Assembly (NCBI GenBank): GCA_937924805.1
Contig: CALDTZ010000006.1
Location: 81,635-145,634, forward strand
Length of the DNA stretch: 64,000 bases
Direction: 5' to 3'
Origin: an uncultured Saprospiraceae bacterium
Lineage (GTDB): Bacteria; Bacteroidota; Bacteroidia; Chitinophagales; Saprospiraceae
In this document: positions 31,143-41,600 of the stretch, in pieces
Layout: the number at the start of each line of letters is the position of its first letter
Numbering within the stretch: position 1 is the stretch's first letter
Translations under genes and position numbers: made by a program
Notes under the pieces: generated by a model
Told to the model about the DNA's origin: nothing
What the model saw: the letters and a program-made list of their open reading frames with translations, nothing else
The model's database searches: none

Positions 31143-31850
31143 ATGTACAATATTTCTTTTAAAAACCTTCGTTTTTTATTATTCGGTATTGTCATTATAC
31201 TTAGTTCTTTTTCGTCTTTTGGCCAATCCAAATTAGACAATGTCCTTTGGTCATTTACTAAATTTTCATTCAAAATAGATGAAAAATGGAAATCAGATAT
31301 CACCCCAATATATAGATTCAACGATGATATAAGTCAGTTTCAAAATGCTTCCTTGGATTATTCTATTACTCGAAAAATCACAAAACGTTGGAATGCTTCT
31401 GCTTTAGGCCGCACCTGGTTAATTCCAAATCAAAGACCAAGACAGTTTATATGGTTTTATGTAAACTATAACATGCCAGAATTTATTCCTAATCTTAAAA
31501 TCAGTCATAATATAAAATTCCATGGAGCATTGGATATTAATGATAGAGAAGATCCTGATTTTTTGAGGTATAAAATCACTACGGCCTACCCACTATTCGA
31601 CAATAGATGGAGACCTTTTGCAGCTATTGAACCCTTTTTTCAATTTAATGAAAACAATATTCAACGTTGGAGATCGGAGTTGGGTGTCAATTATAGTGCA
31701 AACAATACGATTAACTTCATAGGTTTTTTGAGGCGTGAAGACTACATTCAAAAAGGAAAAGAAAGGGCATTAAACATTTGGATGGCTGGCATTCAATACA
31801 AGTTTTTGAAACCCATCTATTCTAAACAAAAAGAGCCATCTACGCGATGA
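31143..31850 (+). CDS. hypothetical secreted protein, possible outer-membrane beta-barrel (DUF2490-like)
   Basis: The ORF opens at TTG 31140, with ATG at 31143. Signal peptide (SSFGQ), alternating aromatic/polar strands and a C-terminal aromatic-rich region. The family assignment is from memory and tentative. Confidence 0.45.
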   Translation: MYNISFKNLRFLLFGIVIILSSFSSFGQSKLDNVLWSFTKFSFKIDEKWKSDITPIYRFNDDISQFQNASLDYSITRKITKRWNASALGRTWLIPNQRPRQFIWFYVNYNMPEFIPNLKISHNIKFHGALDINDREDPDFLRYKITTAYPLFDNRWRPFAAIEPFFQFNENNIQRWRSELGVNYSANNTINFIGFLRREDYIQKGKERALNIWMAGIQYKFLKPIYSKQKEPSTR

Positions 31851-31895
31851 CTCTTTCGTAATTAACGAGTGTTAATAAGGTCCCAAAAATGATTT

Positions 31896-32312
31896 TTATT
31901 TAATTTCAATTGCTGTTTTTTTAAGCACTTCTTCTTTCTTCTTGTGCATCGTCACAACTAGTACTCCATCCTTGTATGCAGCCTTTATTTTTGATCTATC
32001 AATATTTTTAGGCAATTTTAAATGGCGTTTTGTTACTTCAAAATCAAACTCCTTTGAAAGAAACTTGATTTCTTCCTCTTTTTCATTTTCTATTGTTTCT
32101 ACAATAAGCACATTTTCTTCCAATTTCAAATGAATATGATCTTTACTCATTCCTGGAATTGCCAACTCGAATGAAAATGATTTTTCAGATTCTACTAAAT
32201 TTGTGTCAACATGATTATTACTAAAATCTGACTTAAACAACTGATTAACGCCTTGATCAAATAAGTGATTCATCATTTTATTTATATTTATTTCTCCTTG
32301 TAAGTGGTTCAT
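31896..32312 (-). CDS. Hsp20/alpha-crystallin small heat-shock protein
   Basis: 138-aa ORF. Alpha-crystallin domain (..FELAIPGM.K..I.L...N.L.V......F.R...LP..ID...I.A.Y.DGVL.V..). Confidence 0.85.
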   Translation of the reverse strand: MNHLQGEININKMMNHLFDQGVNQLFKSDFSNNHVDTNLVESEKSFSFELAIPGMSKDHIHLKLEENVLIVETIENEKEEEIKFLSKEFDFEVTKRHLKLPKNIDRSKIKAAYKDGVLVVTMHKKKEEVLKKTAIEIK

Positions 32313-32318
32313 TATTTA

Positions 32319-32768
32319 TTATTTAATGGTGATAGACTTTGGTACAAATGCAGGTTTCTTTGACATTGTTATTGTTAAAATGCCATCAGTCATTTCTGCA
32401 GAAACAGTAGAAACATCAATTGCTTTTGATAATTTGAAAGATCGTTTTGCCCCAGAATAGTCAAATTCTTTAAAAGAATATTTTTTGTGATCTTCTTCTG
32501 TTCTTGGTGCTACCGATAATTTCAAAATTGTATCATTTATATCCAAAGAAATTTGATCTTTTGTTACACCAGGTAATGCCATACTAAAGGAAAATCCGTT
32601 TTCAACTTCTTGAATATTCGTTCGAATACTAGGACTGTTAACATTTTGATTCTTTTCCATATTTTTCATGGCAACAGCTACATCGCCAAGAAAATCATTA
32701 AATAAAAAAGAAGCAGAAGATTGGTTTCGGTTAGGATTACACGTGTTGTTTTTTGTTGAATATCTCAT
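32319..32768 (-). CDS. Hsp20/alpha-crystallin small heat-shock protein
   Basis: 149-aa ORF. Alpha-crystallin domain (FSMALPGVTKDQISL...FKLSKAIDVSTVSAEMTDGILTITM). It lies 6 bp upstream of the second hsp20. Confidence 0.85.
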   Translation of the reverse strand: MRYSTKNNTCNPNRNQSSASFLFNDFLGDVAVAMKNMEKNQNVNSPSIRTNIQEVENGFSFSMALPGVTKDQISLDINDTILKLSVAPRTEEDHKKYSFKEFDYSGAKRSFKLSKAIDVSTVSAEMTDGILTITMSKKPAFVPKSITIK

Positions 32769-32840
32769 TGATTAAAAATTTTTGTGATTAATAATTATAC
32801 TTAATCATGATCAATTGGTGTACCATTCCGCTTTTAAGAC

Positions 32841-32879
32841 CAAAAAGGCAGCATCTTTATTTAAGGTGCTGCCTTTTTG
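32841..32879. terminator. bidirectional intrinsic terminator between the M43 peptidase gene and the hsp20 operon
   Basis: Perfect 13-bp arms CAAAAAGGCAGCA / TGCTGCCTTTTTG with a 13-nt loop. The GC core GGCAGCA is flanked by A5/T5, so a U-tract follows the stem on either strand. Confidence 0.6.
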
Positions 32880-32916
32880 TCATTAAAATTATTTTAAACT
32901 GCCTTTTTGTCTTATA

Positions 32917-34323
32917 TTATTGTTTAATGCATTTATGAACGAACTTTTCGCCATTTTCCAAGGTGAGTACGATAATGTAGGCTCCTGCATTAAGCTTTTG
33001 AGTATTTACTTGTACATCATTTATAAATGTTTGTACAACCAAAGATTGTCCTTGTAAATTAAAAAGCTCTAGGACACCTTTACTTTGTCGATCTAACTTT
33101 ACATTTAAAATTTCACCAAATGGGTTTGGTGAAATAGATAATGATGTTAACCTAATACTTTGATAAGACGTAGGTACGTTTGTTATTAACTCATTTCTTG
33201 GGCCTTCTAACATAGATCGCATTAACTGGCTTTGTTCTTTTGTAAACATATTCTGACAATGCTCCATGCTATAATCCATATAGTTTTCTATCATATCTGG
33301 CAACATATCATCGACACAACTATCCTTATCGTGCATTTGTTCACAAGTGGGTACAGGTGTTGTCGTCGGTTGGGAGTTTTCTCCAGCTGGAGGTGTGTCG
33401 TCTATTCCATCATCCATTGAACAATCTCCATCACCCCAGATGTGTCTTAACCCCAAATAATGTCCTACTTCATGGGTTGCTGTTCTACCTTTATCGTTTA
33501 TTCCAGCCAATGTACCAGCTTCCGGGTTGTTCGGACCAAAAGCTTGATAATGTATCGTTACTCCGTCTTTTTCAAAATAATCCGGTGGAAAATCTTCTGT
33601 GGGCCAATTCGGTGCACCTACAGGTGGATATGCAAAACCTAAAATAAATGGAGCTGACATTCCTCCAATATCAATCGCCATGTTACAAACCCAAATATTT
33701 AAATAATTATTTACATCCCAAGGGTCAACCCCACCTGTATCTGACGATTTCGGCGCATCTAAATCAAGTCCTGTACCTAATAGTTCAGTAAGACAAGCAA
33801 GTTGCTCGTCAGTAAATTCGCCTGAAGCCAAATCTATACCGCACTCTATTACAGCTTGTAACAACGTCGTAATATCAAAATTTACAAATGATGGTACATC
33901 TGTTTGAGTACGTGTAATACCTGAAGTTTCATTTCCTTGAGGGTCGTACTTAGCTAATGCAAATTCAATTTCTGTGTCTCCTGCTATATCTACAAAGAGA
34001 TCTCTTGTCAAGCTGGCATCTGCATTCGTTCTACGAAAATCTTGATTAAGAACTTCCATTTGATCATTAATCAAATCATCTGAAATATTTTGCTCAGGTG
34101 TATTATAGATAACATGAACAACTACTGGAATTGTATATATCTCCCCTCGATTTGCTTCATTAGATTTTGCCCAATCAAATGTTTTTTCAACATAAGATTT
34201 ATAGTTTGGTATTTTGTCTTCCATTTTTTGCACTTGAATGGAAGATCCACACCGCATAATTTGTGCGATTGATTGATTTATGCTAAAGCAAAAAAAGAAT
34301 AGTATTATATAGAAGAATTTCAT
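32917..34323 (-). CDS. M43-family (pappalysin/ulilysin-like) zinc metallopeptidase with T9SS type A C-terminal sorting domain
   Basis: 468-aa ORF. Signal peptide, HEVGHYLGLRHIWGD metzincin motif, and a C-terminal LSISPNPFGEIL...GAYIIVL CTD. Confidence 0.8.
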   Translation of the reverse strand: MKFFYIILFFFCFSINQSIAQIMRCGSSIQVQKMEDKIPNYKSYVEKTFDWAKSNEANRGEIYTIPVVVHVIYNTPEQNISDDLINDQMEVLNQDFRRTNADASLTRDLFVDIAGDTEIEFALAKYDPQGNETSGITRTQTDVPSFVNFDITTLLQAVIECGIDLASGEFTDEQLACLTELLGTGLDLDAPKSSDTGGVDPWDVNNYLNIWVCNMAIDIGGMSAPFILGFAYPPVGAPNWPTEDFPPDYFEKDGVTIHYQAFGPNNPEAGTLAGINDKGRTATHEVGHYLGLRHIWGDGDCSMDDGIDDTPPAGENSQPTTTPVPTCEQMHDKDSCVDDMLPDMIENYMDYSMEHCQNMFTKEQSQLMRSMLEGPRNELITNVPTSYQSIRLTSLSISPNPFGEILNVKLDRQSKGVLELFNLQGQSLVVQTFINDVQVNTQKLNAGAYIIVLTLENGEKFVHKCIKQ

Positions 34324-34392
34324 TCTAGTCCTATTTAGTGTTTACTAAAAATAGAGACTTCTTTTGGTATTATAGAGGAATTCAATAAACAT

Positions 34393-35295
34393 TTACCCAT
34401 TCCTAGGTATTCGAATTTTATAGGTATTATTTTTTACTGTTAACTTAGAATCAATAAGCCAAGGATTATACACTTTTAGCATTCGATAACTAATTCCTTT
34501 TTCTTTGGCAAATGTTGCCCAATCTGGTACTGTTTTATCAACCACAACTTCATAGTAATTATTAACCTCCTGGTATGAATCCGCTGGATCCAAATAGTAT
34601 CCGTAATTCTCAGGCTGTTTTAATATTTCTTTCAGAGCTATTAATCTAAAAACGTACCTCGAAGTCTCTTGATTTAAATTTAGGTTATAATACGACTGCT
34701 CTTTTTGTTTTCTCATTTCACTACTAAACTTAGTAGGTCCCACATTATAAGCTGCAGCTGCGTTCGTCCATGAATTAAATCTTTTTTGTAATCTTTTTAA
34801 ATACTTACAGGCAGCTCTAGTAGATTTTTCTAAATGTAATCTTTCATCTACTTCAGAATTTATTTCCAATCCATACTCTTTTGCTGACAATTTCATAAAC
34901 TGCCAAAAACCACGTGCTCCTGCTGGGCTTCCAACATTTCTTAAACCACTTTCTGCTACTGCCAAATATTTAAAATCATCGGGAACTCCTTCTTCTCTTA
35001 ATATTTGTTCTATTATTGGGAAATATTTTGCTGCTAATTTTATGTTCAGTAACGTTGAAGATTGCCAATAAGCATTTACGGATAACTCTCTATCAAGTCG
35101 CTCTTTTGTATCTACATTTATAGGTACAATCTCTCCACAAAAATTGGTTTGTTCGCCTTTGTAAGCAGATTTAATAACTTGGGGTAAAATATTTTCAATC
35201 TTATTAGCCAATGGACTATCCGAAAATGCACTAAAAACAATAACACCTACAAACAAAGATGCAACACCAAAAAGACCAAAGAATATATTTTTCAT
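34393..35295 (-). CDS. lytic transglycosylase (SLT domain, MltD-like)
   Basis: The ORF is open to 35406, but that start would overlap the upstream gene by 53 nt. ATG 35295 begins the TM anchor MKNIFFGLFGVASLF. SLT catalytic motif AVAESGL...GARGFWQFM...AYNVG. Confidence 0.8.
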   Translation of the reverse strand: MKNIFFGLFGVASLFVGVIVFSAFSDSPLANKIENILPQVIKSAYKGEQTNFCGEIVPINVDTKERLDRELSVNAYWQSSTLLNIKLAAKYFPIIEQILREEGVPDDFKYLAVAESGLRNVGSPAGARGFWQFMKLSAKEYGLEINSEVDERLHLEKSTRAACKYLKRLQKRFNSWTNAAAAYNVGPTKFSSEMRKQKEQSYYNLNLNQETSRYVFRLIALKEILKQPENYGYYLDPADSYQEVNNYYEVVVDKTVPDWATFAKEKGISYRMLKVYNPWLIDSKLTVKNNTYKIRIPRNG

Positions 35296-35353
35296 AAGTA
35301 GCTCAAAAGTATTGATAAAACGACAAGAAACTTCTTTTAATTTTGTTAAAAAT

Positions 35354-35887
35354 CTATGCTTCTTTCTTTTTCTTGTACAATGGTACGGTCGAACAAGGTT
35401 CTCCATACATAATTGATTTTGCTACACCCGTTAATTTTTGACAAATATAAGCATAAGCAGATGCCGGAACTTCTTGTTCCGAACAACCTTTTATAACCAT
35501 CATCTTATCATTAAAAACGTTAACATCCATTTGGTTTACAACTTGCTTGTAATACGTATCTATATAGTTCGATTTTGAACCAATAAATAAATCATGAACT
35601 TCTCCAGCTGCATAGGTAGCAATTAAGGCATAAGCCCAAACAGGTATAATAGCATCCGTACTGCAATGTACTATCAATATCTTATTCTTAAACGTAGACC
35701 AATCAAGTGCTTTTATAGATTTTCGAAAATCCATTTCCTTTAGCAACAACCCTTTAAACAAAAAAGGGGATATATCTAATTCTACGATTTCTTCTTTAGG
35801 GTAAAAATCCTCAAGATTAAACGTGATTAACTTACTTTGCGCTACTTTATTAACTAAAGGTTTACTTAGGCTTTCCATACTTTTCAA
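35354..35887 (-). CDS. conserved Bacteroidota protein of unknown function (DUF2480-like)
   Basis: 177-aa ORF. The pattern CSTDAIIPVWAY...IKGCS...SIMYGEPCSTVPLYKK matches my recollection of DUF2480. The assignment is tentative. Confidence 0.5.
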   Translation of the reverse strand: MKSMESLSKPLVNKVAQSKLITFNLEDFYPKEEIVELDISPFLFKGLLLKEMDFRKSIKALDWSTFKNKILIVHCSTDAIIPVWAYALIATYAAGEVHDLFIGSKSNYIDTYYKQVVNQMDVNVFNDKMMVIKGCSEQEVPASAYAYICQKLTGVAKSIMYGEPCSTVPLYKKKKEA

Positions 35888-35914
35888 TTATTGTGAAACT
35901 CACGACCGAAGTTT

Positions 35915-36490
35915 CTACTCTGATTCTTCAATTGGCGCTAACTCTCCAATTTGATTTTCTGCTTGTTCAAATTCTTTAAGCTTCGGTAAATCATTAAGTG
36001 TTTTTAACCCAAAATAGTTCATAAACTTTTCAGAGGTTATGTATAATAAAGGTCTCCCAGGACCTTCGCTTCTGCCTTTTATCTCAATCAATTCTTTTTC
36101 TAAAAGTTTTTGAATTGAATAATCACTTGCCACCCCTCGGATACTTTCAATTTCTGATTTTATAACTGGTTGCTTATAAGCAACAATAGATAATGTTTCA
36201 AGTGCTGATTTACTAAGTTTTCGCTTGTTTTTGAGTTGTAAGTTTTTTCCAACAACATCAATATATGCACCTTTAGTCATAAATTGAAAACCATTATTAA
36301 TTTCTATTAATCCAAACGAAAAGGATTCATCATTATATTTATCTGTAAGGTTGTCGATCCCTTCCAAGATATGATCTTTTGAGACTTTAGTTTCAAATTT
36401 AAGTTCAAGCACCTCTTTTATTTCTTTTACAGAAATAGGTTTGTCCGAAGTAAAGATCAAACTTTCAATATATAAATCTAATTTTTCCAA
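35915..36490 (-). CDS. scpB: segregation and condensation protein B
   Basis: 191-aa ORF. Tandem winged-helix pattern (IESLIF....PISV..I; LETLSIVAYKQPV.KSEIE.IRGV; GRPLLY.T...F). Confidence 0.85.
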   Translation of the reverse strand: MEKLDLYIESLIFTSDKPISVKEIKEVLELKFETKVSKDHILEGIDNLTDKYNDESFSFGLIEINNGFQFMTKGAYIDVVGKNLQLKNKRKLSKSALETLSIVAYKQPVIKSEIESIRGVASDYSIQKLLEKELIEIKGRSEGPGRPLLYITSEKFMNYFGLKTLNDLPKLKEFEQAENQIGELAPIEESE

Positions 36491-36609
36491 CTCCTTCGTT
36501 TTGTTTTCAAAAGTAAATAATTACGAATAAAACGAACTGAAACAACATTATTTATAGTATTTAGGTGTACAAAAATGTACCTTTTTATCAAACGATCGTC
36601 TATATATCA

Positions 36610-36942
36610 ATGAATGCTTCTGAAAGAAATAGTTTAAAAATTAAAATTCAAGAACTTATTGATAAGTATATCATTGACATTGAAGCAACAAAAAAGATGA
36701 CACAACCCGTTGCTCCCGAAAACGCTATCGGGAGAATTAGTAGAATAGATGCCATTAATAATAAAAGTGTAATGGAAGCTTCTCTTAGAAACAAAATTTC
36801 TAAGCTAAGTAAACTAAAAATTGCATTAATAAATGTAGAAAAAGAAGCATTTGGTAATTGTTCTAACTGCAAAAAACCTATTCAATCTGGAAGGCTCATG
36901 TTTATGCCAGAAAGTACAAAATGTGTCCATTGTGCAGGTTAA
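36610..36942 (+). CDS. DksA/TraR-family C4 zinc-finger protein
   Basis: The ORF opens at GTG 36565, and the first ATG is at 36610. Coiled-coil N-part and a C-terminal CSNC-x17-CVHC zinc finger. Confidence 0.75.
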   Translation: MNASERNSLKIKIQELIDKYIIDIEATKKMTQPVAPENAIGRISRIDAINNKSVMEASLRNKISKLSKLKIALINVEKEAFGNCSNCKKPIQSGRLMFMPESTKCVHCAG

Positions 36943-37256
36943 ATAAAAACAGGGACCAACTATAAGAAGGACCCTGCATAACCCCAAAAAACCAATTGAA
37001 AACAATATAAAACTGTTTTCCAATCTTTATTTAGATAAAAATATCATCAATTTAAGACTCAGCTATAGCACAAGTCAACTATTTAGACGCAATAAGTTAC
37101 TAAAGTCACAACTTTATTCAAAAAAAATAAAAATTCTTATTTGTTTGACAATCAAATAGTTACAATAAATTGCATTTCTAAAATCACTTTTATTTCAAAT
37201 AATATTTAAATATTTAAGAAAATAAATTGTCTACTTTTGATTTCTAATCAAAAATT

Positions 37257-38621
37257 ATGAAGACAAATTTTCATTGTACAAATTGTCAATACATCTCACC
37301 AAAATGGTTAGGAAAATGCCCCTCTTGCGAGGAGTGGAATACACTTCAAGAAGAAATTGTAGAAAAAAAGACAAAACAATCTCAAAAAAAAGAAGTTTGG
37401 AGTGATGAAAAAAAAGTCATCAATAAAGCTAAAAAGATAGAGTCTGTTGTTTACCAAAAACTCAATCGAATCGATTGTCAAGATGCAGAACTTAATCGAG
37501 TGCTTGGAGGTGGATTAGTAAAAGGCTCACTTGTCCTCATAGGCGGCGAACCTGGCATAGGAAAGTCGACATTATTATTGCAGTTAGCATTAAACTTGCC
37601 TAATAAAATCTGTTACATTTCAGGTGAGGAAAGTGAAAGTCAAATAAAAATGCGTGCAGATAGGATTCACCCAGAATCTCAACATTGTTATGTTTTAGCT
37701 GAAACCAATTTAAGTAGAATCCTAAAAGAAGTAAATGAAGTCAAACCAGAAATTCTTATTATAGATTCTATACAAACAATTTCCACCCCTTTTCAAGATT
37801 CAACGCCAGGAAGTGTCTCTCAAGTAAGAGAATGTACTTCGGAATTACAACGATTTGCCAAAGAAAGAAATATTGTTGTATTTATTATCGGTCATATCAC
37901 AAAAGAAGGATCCATTGCAGGACCAAAAATTTTAGAACACATTGTAGATGTTGTTTTACAATTCGAAGGAGATAAAAACTACAGTTATCGAATACTTAGA
38001 TCACTTAAAAACCGGTTTGGTTCAACAGATGAATTAGGGATCTATGAAATGGTTACAAAAGGTTTAAAAGCAATCACAAACCCTTCAGATTTATTGTTAA
38101 GTCAAAGTGATGAAAACCTTAGTGGCAGCTCTGTAGCAGCTACGATTAACGGAGCTAGACCGATGCTCGTAGAAACGCAAGCTTTGGTTAGTACTGCTGT
38201 TTATGGAAATCCTCAAAGATCATCAACAGGTTTTGATTTAAGAAGAATGAATATGTTGTTGGCTATCCTCGAAAAGCGCGCCAATATGCAATTTGGGCAG
38301 CAAGATGTATTTTTAAATATAGCGGGAGGGATCAAAATGGTAGACCCATCAATTGACCTTGCGATCGCAACATCATTAGTAAGCTCTCTGCAGGATATCA
38401 CCGTGTCTTCAAAATATTGTTTCTCTGCTGAACTTGGTTTAACAGGAGAAATACGTGCTGTTCATAGAATTGATCAACGGATATTAGAAGCTGATAGACT
38501 TGGATTTGAAAAAATATTTATTTCGAATTATAATCTAAAAACATTAGACCCATCTAAATACAATATTGAGATGGTTGGGCTTTCAAAAATTGAGGATTTA
38601 ATTTATCAAGTCTTTACTTAG
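37257..38621 (+). CDS. radA: DNA repair protein RadA (Sms)
   Basis: 454-aa ORF. N-terminal C4 zinc finger (CTNC...CPSC), Walker A GGEPGIGKST, the KNRFG motif and a Lon-like C-domain. Confidence 0.93.
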   Translation: MKTNFHCTNCQYISPKWLGKCPSCEEWNTLQEEIVEKKTKQSQKKEVWSDEKKVINKAKKIESVVYQKLNRIDCQDAELNRVLGGGLVKGSLVLIGGEPGIGKSTLLLQLALNLPNKICYISGEESESQIKMRADRIHPESQHCYVLAETNLSRILKEVNEVKPEILIIDSIQTISTPFQDSTPGSVSQVRECTSELQRFAKERNIVVFIIGHITKEGSIAGPKILEHIVDVVLQFEGDKNYSYRILRSLKNRFGSTDELGIYEMVTKGLKAITNPSDLLLSQSDENLSGSSVAATINGARPMLVETQALVSTAVYGNPQRSSTGFDLRRMNMLLAILEKRANMQFGQQDVFLNIAGGIKMVDPSIDLAIATSLVSSLQDITVSSKYCFSAELGLTGEIRAVHRIDQRILEADRLGFEKIFISNYNLKTLDPSKYNIEMVGLSKIEDLIYQVFT

Positions 38622-41600
38622 CTCTTTTCATTTGCTTGGATAAAATTGCACCAATTACAATATTCATCATCACACCCTTTATCGAATTTGTGTTCTTTAA
38701 TATCTGAATAAGCTTGTTTAAGCTGCTCACTAACCATTTCAATTTCTTCTGGCTTGATAACAAATTTTTGTGTCTTGAAATCATCGTTTTGTTTTTCAAT
38801 AAAATTCATTTCTCCTGAAATCATTGGTTTATTTGTCTTAACATCTAAATCCAATAACATTTTATAAAAAACCATCTGACGCCAATAATCGCCTCCATGA
38901 TCACCATCCTTTGGAGGACGAACCTTTGCTGGTTTGTATTTACCTGTTTTATAATCGACCACATGGATATAATCTTTATAAATATCTACCCGATCTAACA
39001 TCCCAGAAATCGGAATCCCCTTATAGTTTGTCAATCCAATATTGTACTCAAAATTCATCTCAACTGGCAACATCCACGAAGATTTGTACTTTTCATAATA
39101 ATCCCCTAATGTACTTTTACCAAGCGCCAATCGATCAGCAAATTGCCTTGGTGTAAAGTGAGATTTATACTTTTCTAAACCTTGAAAATATCGATCATGA
39201 AGTTTTTCAACGGTAAGAATCTTTTTAGCTTCGCGACAATCTCTTATAAAGAACTCTAAGGCATGGTGCATCGCTGAACCAAAACCCATATTATCATTTC
39301 TTGCACCAGGAACTTTGATTATAATATCATAATAAAACCGGATAGGACAAGCTAAATACTTATTTAAGTTTGTAGCATTCATTTTGAAATGAACCAATGA
39401 TTCTTCGATCAAATTATGATCAAGCCAGTCTTTCTTCGGCAAATTGATCGTTGTCAATCGCTTATTTAAATAATCTACGATTTCTTCATTTGTTATTATA
39501 CCTTCGCTTTTTTTAATTTCATCTAATGTACAAACCTCCTCAATAAACCTTGAAGGGAGACTTTCTTTACTAGCATCACCATCTTTTCGTTTAGAATAGG
39601 ACATTATAAGACGCTTTTCAGCACGTGTCATTCCTACATAAAACAAACGTCTTTCATCTTCGATTCCTTCGTCCATCACAGCCATTATATTATCTGGAAT
39701 TTTATATCCAGAGGATCGAGCTCTTGTCTTTTCCCAATTATCTTCTCGACAACCTATCATCCATACTTGTTCAAATTCTAAACCTTTAGAACCATGAAAA
39801 GTCATAAAATTCACTCCGTCAGGAGAATGAATAGAATATGTAAAAGGAATAGCAATATTATTCTCTTGCATTTTCTCAATATCTGAAAGCAAATCTTCTA
39901 AAGCCATATTAGGATTCCGTGCAGAGGTATCTTTGATGTAATCAAATAAGGTTTGAATTAATTGAAAAGACCAATATTCATCATTTGCTAAAAGCGAAGA
40001 TTTTAAAATTCCTGCATCATTAATAATCAATTCAAAAAGACCTTGGATCGTGAATTCTTTATATTGTTGAACCCAATGATTTAACATCCTTTCGAAGCTC
40101 TTTAATCCCTCAATATCATCCGGCAAAATTTTCTCAATGATACTTGGTGTTGTAATAATTTCAAACCATGTCTTTTTTTCTTCCTTCGGCAATGATCGTT
40201 GATACATAGAAAGTCGATGCATATCTTTCATTGAAATTTCAAATTGAGGCAAATACATCACCTTAAATAGAAGTTCGTCTACTCCCGCAGCACTATTGTA
40301 AATCTTATCGATTAAAGTCAATATATCGATAAGGTTTTGCACATATGGCACTTCTAATATATTAACACTTCGTTTTGTGTTAACAGGAATACCTTCTTTG
40401 GTTAAAACGTTTATAAGTTCGGAAACCTCTTTATGTTTTCGATAAATAATAGCAAAGTTATTAAGCGGTTTACCTTGGTCTATCCATTTTTTAATTTCTT
40501 TAAAAATAGCCGCCTCTTCTTGATGTTTGTTTTGATAAAAATAAATTTCTGGATGAGGTCCTGTCAAATTAGTAGGACTAGAAGCTATTAAGTTTTTACT
40601 GAGACCATCAATTTTATTTACTAAACGATCTTCATTCGAGTCAATTAATATTTTAGATGCATCAAGAATTTCTTGAGGAGATCGATAATTATTTTCAAGT
40701 ACAATAAACGTTGGATTATACTTATCAATGAAGTCATTGATGTTTTTCATACTAGCTCCTTGGAATCTAAAAATAGATTGATCGTCATCTCCAACCACAA
40801 ATAAGTTTGGTTGTTCCCAATAGCTTGCCAATTGCATTAATAAATGATTTTGAGAACCATTGGTGTCTTGGTATTCGTCTGCTAGAAAATAGTGGTACTG
40901 CTCTTGATAGTCACTCAATAATTCAGGGGATTTGTCAAATGCATTTATAACCCATTGAATCATATCCGCATAATCAAATCGCTCTTTGTTTTTCAGAAGT
41001 TTTTCGTAGTTATGAAATTCATGGATAGCAGCTTTAAGTTTAGCCATGTTGTTTTTCAACTTATCTACCTCTTTCGGTTTTAAATCTCCTGCCTTAAATT
41101 CTTTATATTTCTTTTTATAGCGAAATGTAGGATTGTTTTCTATTTGATCTTGGGTATGCTCCTCTATTTTGGTCAACATCCATTCAGGTTCCCAATCTTC
41201 ACTTTTCATGTTTTTGAAAAGTTCTTTTAAGTTATTTTGTTCGTAGTATATATTTCCTTTGAATCGTTTAAAAACGTGATCTTCAGGAAACTTATCAATC
41301 ATTTCTTGAAATACATCTACGGTTTCTAAATCCGATAAAAGTTGGAGACTCCTAAACCCTCCAAAATATTCATTATTTTCTTGAATGACTTTATTACAAA
41401 ACCCGTGATAAGTAAATATGTGTACATTATACGCTTCTGGACCAATAAACTTCAACAATCTTGTACGCATTGCAACAGCACCAGCTTCTGTATATGTCAG
41501 ACATAGAATATTGTGGAGCTGTGTATCTGTTTTTTGCAAAATATTACAAATTCTAAGTGCAAGAATCTGCGTTTTGCCAGTACCTGGACCAGCAATAACC

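Noticed and set aside
34393-35406. The long N-terminal extension of the lytic transglycosylase ORF (MENLVRPYHCTRKRKKHRF...), which overlaps the upstream DUF2480-like gene by 53 nt.
   Set aside because: The extension is basic, has no signal sequence, and overlaps a well-formed gene end. The internal ATG at 35295 starts a typical membrane anchor. I therefore call 34393-35295.
36950-37020. Two imperfect hairpins after the dksA-like gene (CAGGGACC..GGACCCTG and GAAAACA..TGTTTTC) as its terminator.
   Set aside because: The first has an internal mismatch and no U-tract. The second is a 7-bp, almost all-A/T stem. This is too weak to annotate.
37232-37239. TACTTTTG, a match to the Bacteroidota sigma-A -7 consensus (TAnnTTTG), 18 nt before the radA ATG; a similar TAAATTTG lies upstream of tRNA-Asn.
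   Set aside because: This is plausible, but such 8-mers are frequent in DNA this AT-rich. I do not see a matching -33 TTTG element at the right spacing. I do not annotate it as a promoter without transcription start data.
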